Assembly: GCA_965645245.1 (NCBI GenBank)
Contig: OZ287077.1
Location: 372,001-436,000 of the forward strand
Length of the DNA: 64,000 bases
Source of the DNA: Massalongia carnosa
Taxonomy: Eukaryota
Direction of reading: 5' to 3'
Shown here piece after piece: positions 57,537 to 64,000 of this stretch. Every line of letters begins with the position of its first letter. Position 1 is the first letter of the stretch. The position numbers and the translations under genes were made by a program. Under the pieces are notes generated by a model. That model was not told the origin of the DNA and searched no databases. It saw only the letters and a program-made list of their open reading frames with translations.

Positions 57537-59538
57537 GGTCAAACAAAACCTAACCACCTTAACCTCACACGACAAGGAACTGTACGAGCTAGATTGGGGT
57601 TCTCAGATGATGGATAACGCGACTTTCGTCGATCTATGATATATCAATCCAGAACGAGTTTCGAACAAGGCGGTATTGCGGCGTTGATTGAGTTGCAAGA
57701 GGCTGGGCGGCGGGAGCGGGGGAACTTGCGCAGTTGAACATCTTCTGGTACTTCTAGCAATTCTCGTGTGCTCATAAAGAACGCTTTAAGGTCAATCAAA
57801 CTTATTCATGATAGGTCAAGAAAAAGAAAGCTTCAGGAAGACCATAAGTACATTCAAGTTCTCGGTTTTTTTGGGCACGTAAGGTATCGGCCTAGTTTTA
57901 AATAGGATTTTGCTATCTCTACATCCCCCTGCTCGTCCATCTCAAACGGTTGATACAGTCAATTTACAAGAGAACCCGATTGGTCTTCGATCTCTATATA
58001 TTTTCTTCGTTAGCCAAAAGAGCGAGGTGAATAATTCCATTTTCTCCTCTTCTCACATGGAAGTATGCTGCCTTAGGTGTCCCAGAATTTCTCGATATCT
58101 TTAATGTTCAGGGCCTAGCAAGCTTCTTCCCTAAATCACCGTTGAAGCAAATGGTCATCGCGTTCTAAGCTGTTGCCCCGTTGCTAATGAACTTTAGCTA
58201 TTCGTCACCTTTCAGTATGTCAAATCATTCCATAAGTCAATGCAGAAGCTAGAATATACCAACTGCGATATAGTTAGCATATCTCTAAGTATTCTCTATT
58301 ACCCCGTTCAGCATTTAAAAGCACTAAAGTAACCCAATGAGGAGATTGGGGATTTATGATACACTGCGTCATGGGTGTCATCTACTCTAATCACGACAAT
58401 TCGTCTTATGCCAACGTGGCTCACAGCACATAACTAATCTGGATCTCATATCTCATCCTCGCTCCTCAACATGCATTATATCTTTCATGATTTTTCTGGT
58501 TTCGCCCGCGCAGCTTGCTTCATGAACATTGGCTACGCCTACATGATTTAGCAAATACCAAACCACTACTCCGTATGACTCGAGTGTTAGCCAACAGCCC
58601 ATTGGCCCTGTTTGCTTGAGTTTACGATAAACTCTACAAATGGACCGAGGCGTATCCTTGGGCAGATGATGGCATTTCGTCCGGGTATCCATATGTACTG
58701 GGCGTCTAAGGCTCGGTGAACAGCCAGCGTACGGATATTTTACGAAACTACCAAAGACACCACGATTGGCCATATTCTGTACAGAATCGGCGGTTCCTCT
58801 GCAAGTGAAGCTAGGATGGGCATATTTCCTGTACGAGTCATCGAGTGTGCCAAAGAAGTGAGAGGAAGTAAGAACCTGTGACTTAGGACGTAACAACAGA
58901 GGCGGCAGCTATTGCTGCTTGGGAAACGCCTGAGAAATCATAAATATTCGAGAAAAATGTTGGCAAGGGAGGCGAAGCATATGGCGTTGCAGAACGGATA
59001 TCTGGGAGGTCTGAGAGCCTGGCTGTAGAGAGTAAACAGAGGGAATTGTGGATGAGTTGGTGGCCCTTCGAAAAACATTCTGGTTAAGATAGTGAAAACA
59101 GAAAGATCCACACAGATCGATTTAGGACCGAGATAATGGCTGGAGTATTTGGTCAGGGTGGCTGGATCGGTAGTACAGAGCAGCTAGAAGGCGCAAGTTG
59201 ATGTCTTAGAGAAGGAAGTCTAATCACGGCCGTTTTCGAGAATCTGGTCTCTCCACGGACCAATACCCTACAAACGACATGGCTTTACTTGAACATATGT
59301 CAAACTGGAATGCCAGTCGCTACAGCCAATAACAAGGTGGAACCTCTACGTGGCTTGGTACCCGTGCTTGATCTTGTCACACCTTTCAAGGCTTTGTAGC
59401 TCCATCCATTGTCAAACGTCCTATCATGGCCCAGGGACATCATGTTCTGGGTGAGGAACACACACCAATTAGCTAAGAAGTGAAACACCAGACACTTTGA
59501 ACCTACACGAGGTATAAACTTTTATGTTACGCTATTGG

Positions 59539-60033
59539 CGTCCGCTAGCCAGACATGCCATACACGAAGTTTCTATCATTGTTTGTCTACCCCACTATTA
59601 TAAAAAACAATGGCCTTCACCACGTTCATCATGTTCGTTTACCTCGTTCTCGCCGTTCCTCTCTTTCTTCACATCTCGATTCATCATTAGCGGCTTTCTA
59701 GAAAGTCGTTGATTGATTCGTATCATCTTTCGAAACAGCAAGTTGGAGCGATAAGATGAAGACTTTGTTCACTGTTTTTCCCGAAGCCAGTCGAATCTAA
59801 ATCCGAAAGAAGACGAAGACAAGGAAATGAACGAGGACTTCATTTACTACTGTTGTATGATTAGTAAGATGAATGAAGACCTTTGTTTGCTACTACTACA
59901 TGATTCGTGGGGTGAAATGATGAGGTAAACAATGACCGAAAAGTTCGTGTATATCGCTTGATTCCGTCGTGGTGTTCCTTGGTCTGGTTAATTAGCAAGA
60001 GCCTCGCGGGCGGCATGTCTTGGCTAGCGGACG
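59539..60033. mobile_element. MITE-like element, ~495 bp
   Basis: Terminal inverted repeat CGTCCGCTAGCC(A)AGACATGCC; noncoding interior; TSD ambiguous. Confidence 0.6.
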
Positions 60034-61255
60034 GTGGCATGAACGTCTTAGCCTCGAACCTACATATTTTAAAGCATCTTGATCATTGATGCATTAGGCT
60101 TGCTGGGACATCGGTTCTGCACCCCGCGGTTTAACATATTTACACATATCTGTACTACTGAACGATGGCATGGGGAGCAAAATTTGGAGAATCTCCTATT
60201 TTTCACAGCTTTCTGTCCTCGTAATCTTAGAGAGACAGAAAACTGATACAGTCGAGTAGCCAAACCCTTTAGCTGAGATCAGAAGCCCAGTCTTGACTGT
60301 CTACGATAGATTCTGGAAACGTTTGTCCTTGATACTCTGTTGGCCATTACAGAGCAGTCTTACAACTTCCCCCGAAATCAATCGCATAAATACAGAGTAC
60401 CGAAGATATAGACCTTATAGCCAAGCAGCCTTTGGCTAACCTACTATGTACTGGGAATGCACCGTTCCGATGCAGTGCATGCCGGCACTAGCGATGCAAA
60501 ATATGGAAATGGGAATTCGTCTAACTTACTCTGTGGATAATCTGCAGGTTTTACCTCTGTACGGAGTATAGAGGTAGTATGGACATTATGCGATTGATGA
60601 CAAACTATGGGCAACACAGCCTGTCTTGTTTCAACAGCAATTCTTTACATTACTGAACGACCTTTTTTTGTCGACCTGTTCTGCAGACTGCCACCGACTG
60701 CTATCTGGCAAATCGCTGAGTTGCAAGCCTCGTTCACTGTTACTCGAGCACATCTGCGTTTGTTATATTTTTCCGTTTCGCTTCCTTCCATGAAATCTTA
60801 TAACTGTTACGGTTTTGACTCAATTAGCTGATGGTTGCAGCTTATCCTGCATAACTTTTCTATCCCTGTCCAGTCCTTAATCACACCTACACCACTGCGT
60901 GTCTCCATTGCGCCCTAGTGATTTCGATCAATGCAATACGCTGGGGTTTTTCAAACCCGAGGCTTTACTCCATAGTAATCGAAAGGATCTTCATCGTAAT
61001 GGTGGCCGCCATGCCCTTCAAAGAGGCATTGTCACATCAGAAAAACAAGGTCTGTCCTGTTCAGAGAGGGTTTAGATTCGCCTAGCAGACTCTATATTAC
61101 TGCTTGAAATCCACAGCTTTTATCTACAGCCTTTGTCACCTATTTTCTTGCGATCAGATCCACTCTTCTATTCAATGCAGAGGTTGATCGTACGAGAAGT
61201 GCAAACACTCCACAAACCGAGGAGCCGGCTCGTTTTCTATCGACCATAATCTGAA

Positions 61256-62684
61256 ATGGCTTCGGCGTTCATAGGAAAGCCGCCCGCTACCCAGGATGAT
61301 TATTGGATCATCAAAGGAATGCTGCGTATGGTCTTTGGGCCTGGCGTCCCGCTGGATCCAAATAAAGGGTTTCCCCTTTTATTGCAACGTCCAGCCAACA
61401 ACCACTACCAGAGTCGAGGCACAAGATTGCTCATTGGGTTCTCCTTTGCCATTGTGTTGATCATTCTTGTCACGGGTACCCGTCTTTGGCTTCGATTCTC
61501 TCGCCGAGAACTGCGATGGGGACCCGACGACTTCGTAATTGTTCCGGGAGTGGTGAGTTTGAAGAGTGAAGGAGAAAATACATCAGCTGTTGACCCACGT
61601 ACAGATCGGAGTCTTAGCATGGTTCTCCTGCCTCATGGCCATGGTAACATATGCCGGACTTGGAAAGCATTACTACGATATAACGTATCGTGAAGCATAC
61701 TGGTCGGTTTTGGTAAGATATAGCTAGCGAGCGCCGAAACGGTGATTCCTGGCTAACGTGGCTTGTTGTTTCGCAGCTAGGCGCGGTGGATCAAACCCTC
61801 TTCTGGGTAAGCTTGGGCTTGATCAAGATATCAATCACGCTTTTCAATCGACGACTCACCGGCGCAACTTCGGAGTCTTGGATTATGTTTCATACCGTTT
61901 TTTTCGTTCTTCTCATTTGCTATATTGTGGCCGCTCTATTCGTCAACCTTTTTAGATGCCGGCCACCGGCCGCACATTACAGCCTCATTGCAGCTGGCCA
62001 ACCCTCGACTATCCCTCACTGTTTGAGTGAAAGAGCTATTTCTCTCCCTTTGAGTGTTGTACATATCATCTTTGATTTCGCCCTTCTTTCCGTGCCCATC
62101 ATCGTCTTGATCAAGGTCCAGATGAGTTTTGCCAAGAAAGTGCGGCTAATGTTTCTCTTTTCCGTTGGATCGGTCTCGTGCATTGGGAGTGTGATGAGGC
62201 AGATATCGAGTGACAAAAGTGTGTTGGACATTACCTGTACGTCATGCCAGACGGCTTTTGGAGGGAGGGGGGTTTCAGCAGTCAAGCTAAGACCAGTCTC
62301 ATAGGGGAGCTTCCGATACAGATTTCGTGGAGCATTATCGACATATTCTTCGCCACCATCACAGCGTCGTTGCCGGTTCTCAACACGCTCCTGCCCAAGC
62401 AGCCGGTGGTCGAATCGTATAGCTTCCCATCGTTTGTTGTCAAAGAGAGTGCTTTAACCTCCCGTGAGAGCGCCAAAGCCGAGAGCGCACAGACTGACTC
62501 AACGCACGGCTCGGACCAAACGGAGCTGATATATCAACCTGCGGACGGCTTCCCCTCCAAGGAGAGGGTGCCCACAAAATTGCCATGGGAGGAATGGAAA
62601 GACCCTGCAACATTGGCTCAAGATCCGAAACCCACGCATCGAGATAAACTCTACACGATGAACACCAGCGAGACTCCGGTATGA
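61256..62684 (+). CDS. PTH11-like (fungal rhodopsin-domain) integral membrane protein without CFEM, 4 exons
   Basis: TRLWLR...GPDDFVI, GLGKH, LIKISITLFNRRL, DFALLSVP, KKVRLMFLF, ASLP; introns 61553-61604, 61713-61776, 62237-62304. Confidence 0.9.
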
Positions 62685-63952
62685 GTTGCTACCGGCTCAT
62701 TCGATGCGTCGAGGAATAAAAGGTACGAGCGCTCGTCCATTCGGTATGCCTGCGCTTCTCCAAATTCCCATCATTGTTTAGACTACAGGGTTTTATTATA
62801 TATATACTCACCAAAAGCTCATCCGTCTCTGCATGTGGTTCCCCAACTCCCATGTAACATCCTCCCAAACCCACCACCACCACCACCGTCGCTTAAGAGT
62901 GAAAAGTTCCGCATATCTCGAGGGTGGAGGAGGGGGGTATTTAGCTATATACGTATAACCACCCCCGTAGCATACAACGCAAAGAACCATGTATCTGCAA
63001 CACCTAGTTAGTTACTATTATTTCCCCCTTTCATCTCTCGACCTCGCACTTTTTATGTACATGAAACCCTTGCATATCCAGTTTTGGCAGTTTCCCTGCC
63101 CCTTTTTCAAACCCCCTCAGTATCCCCAAAGTTAAACGGAGCATTCTGTAGTTATGCTCTAAGTACAGAGTAAATGAGTTTAATCTTCAAGTCCCGTGAC
63201 CCGACCGCATTCCCTCCTTCGGAACTAGTTAGTAACATTGCCGTCGTTGATTGCGTCATTCATCCCCGGCCTTTCCCAATGATGATGATGATGATGATGA
63301 TGACGTATGTACATAACCAAATTACGAAAGCAAAGGGGCATGGCGGGATCAACCATGACCCCGCACCTCCTCAACATTTGCCCCCCTCCATTAAATAATA
63401 AACCCCTTGGCTAATAGACGTTTCTATGAGATAACGCTCCGCTTCTATTTCCCAGACCGAAATATTCTCTATTTTTTAAGAAAAAAAATAAAAATAAAAT
63501 ACCGAATAACTACATACCTTCCCTACCTTGGTTAAGTACCACGCGCCCGCGCCCAGCCCAGCCCAGCAAAGCAAAGCAAATAGAACATAAAAGAACGGTT
63601 TAATTTGAACAGGTAGTCATCGATCGTCAGGAAGGATTTTCGGGAAGGAACTTCTGCGACGGACTCTGATTGAGGACTGAAGACTAAAGGTATGGATGGA
63701 AGAGTGATTCTTTTTATAAGAGGGTTTGAGATCTGTTTTTTTTTTTTCGGAAAGAAGATCCCCTTATACTTCCATCTCACCTAATTACCTGACTGACTAA
63801 CTCCCATCCCCCCGATTCCCTCCCCCGATCCCTCCCACAACCCAAATCAAACAAGCTAGCTAATCCCGTTTCCCAAACCAGCCAAACCCACCACCAACCT
63901 CCAAACCCCAACCCGCGAACCCGCAAACCTACTTTAAAAAAAATATAAAAAA

Positions 63953-64000
63953 ATGTCCGCACCCAACGCCGGCCGACAATCGCCCGACCCGGAGCACCAG
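63953..64000 (+). CDS. 5' end of a small conserved Pezizomycotina hypothetical protein (partial)
   Basis: AAAATG context; MSAPNAGRQSPDPEHQ resembles the N-terminus of a small fungal hypothetical family (recalled, not searched). Confidence 0.6.
   Translation, partial: MSAPNAGRQSPDPEHQ

Noticed and set aside
57900..59500. Short ORFs in the intergenic interval
   Set aside because: No recognisable domain or coherent exon chain.
1..64000. Starship or biosynthetic gene cluster
   Set aside because: No tyrosine-recombinase captain and no PKS, NRPS or terpene backbone gene in the window.

Overview
Eukaryotic DNA from a filamentous ascomycete (Pezizomycotina), judged from short GT-AG introns with CTRAC branch points and the fungal gene and TE families present; the species cannot be determined from the sequence. 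About 1-28 kb and 30.4-40.5 kb are deeply nested transposable elements, most of which resolve to the base from TIRs/LTRs and target-site duplications (TSDs). They include a 12.5-kb hAT (586-13099) that contains an intact Copia, a Fot1/pogo element and solo LTRs; a second Copia with a 50-bp tandem array; an intact Tc1 DD34E; a Tc1-like DD38E element with CAC-ended TIRs and an atypical 5-bp TSD; a TRIM-like miniature LTR element; a GalEa-type Copia; more than ten solo LTRs; and several MITEs. An intact aldo-keto reductase gene sits between the two TE blocks. From 41 to 64 kb is a gene region: a kelch (nitrile-specifier-like) gene head-to-head with a ferroportin-like gene, a large secreted Gly/Ser/Thr/Pro-rich protein with an 8-Cys C-terminus, an orphan membrane protein, a CYP52-clan P450, a conserved hypothetical protein, a PTH11-like receptor and the start of a small conserved protein. 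Best leads: the 5-bp-TSD Tc1-like element, a spliced basic microprotein gene inside the hAT, the fungal TRIM, and the kelch/ferroportin pair. All alignments and translations were done by eye; no database search was run.
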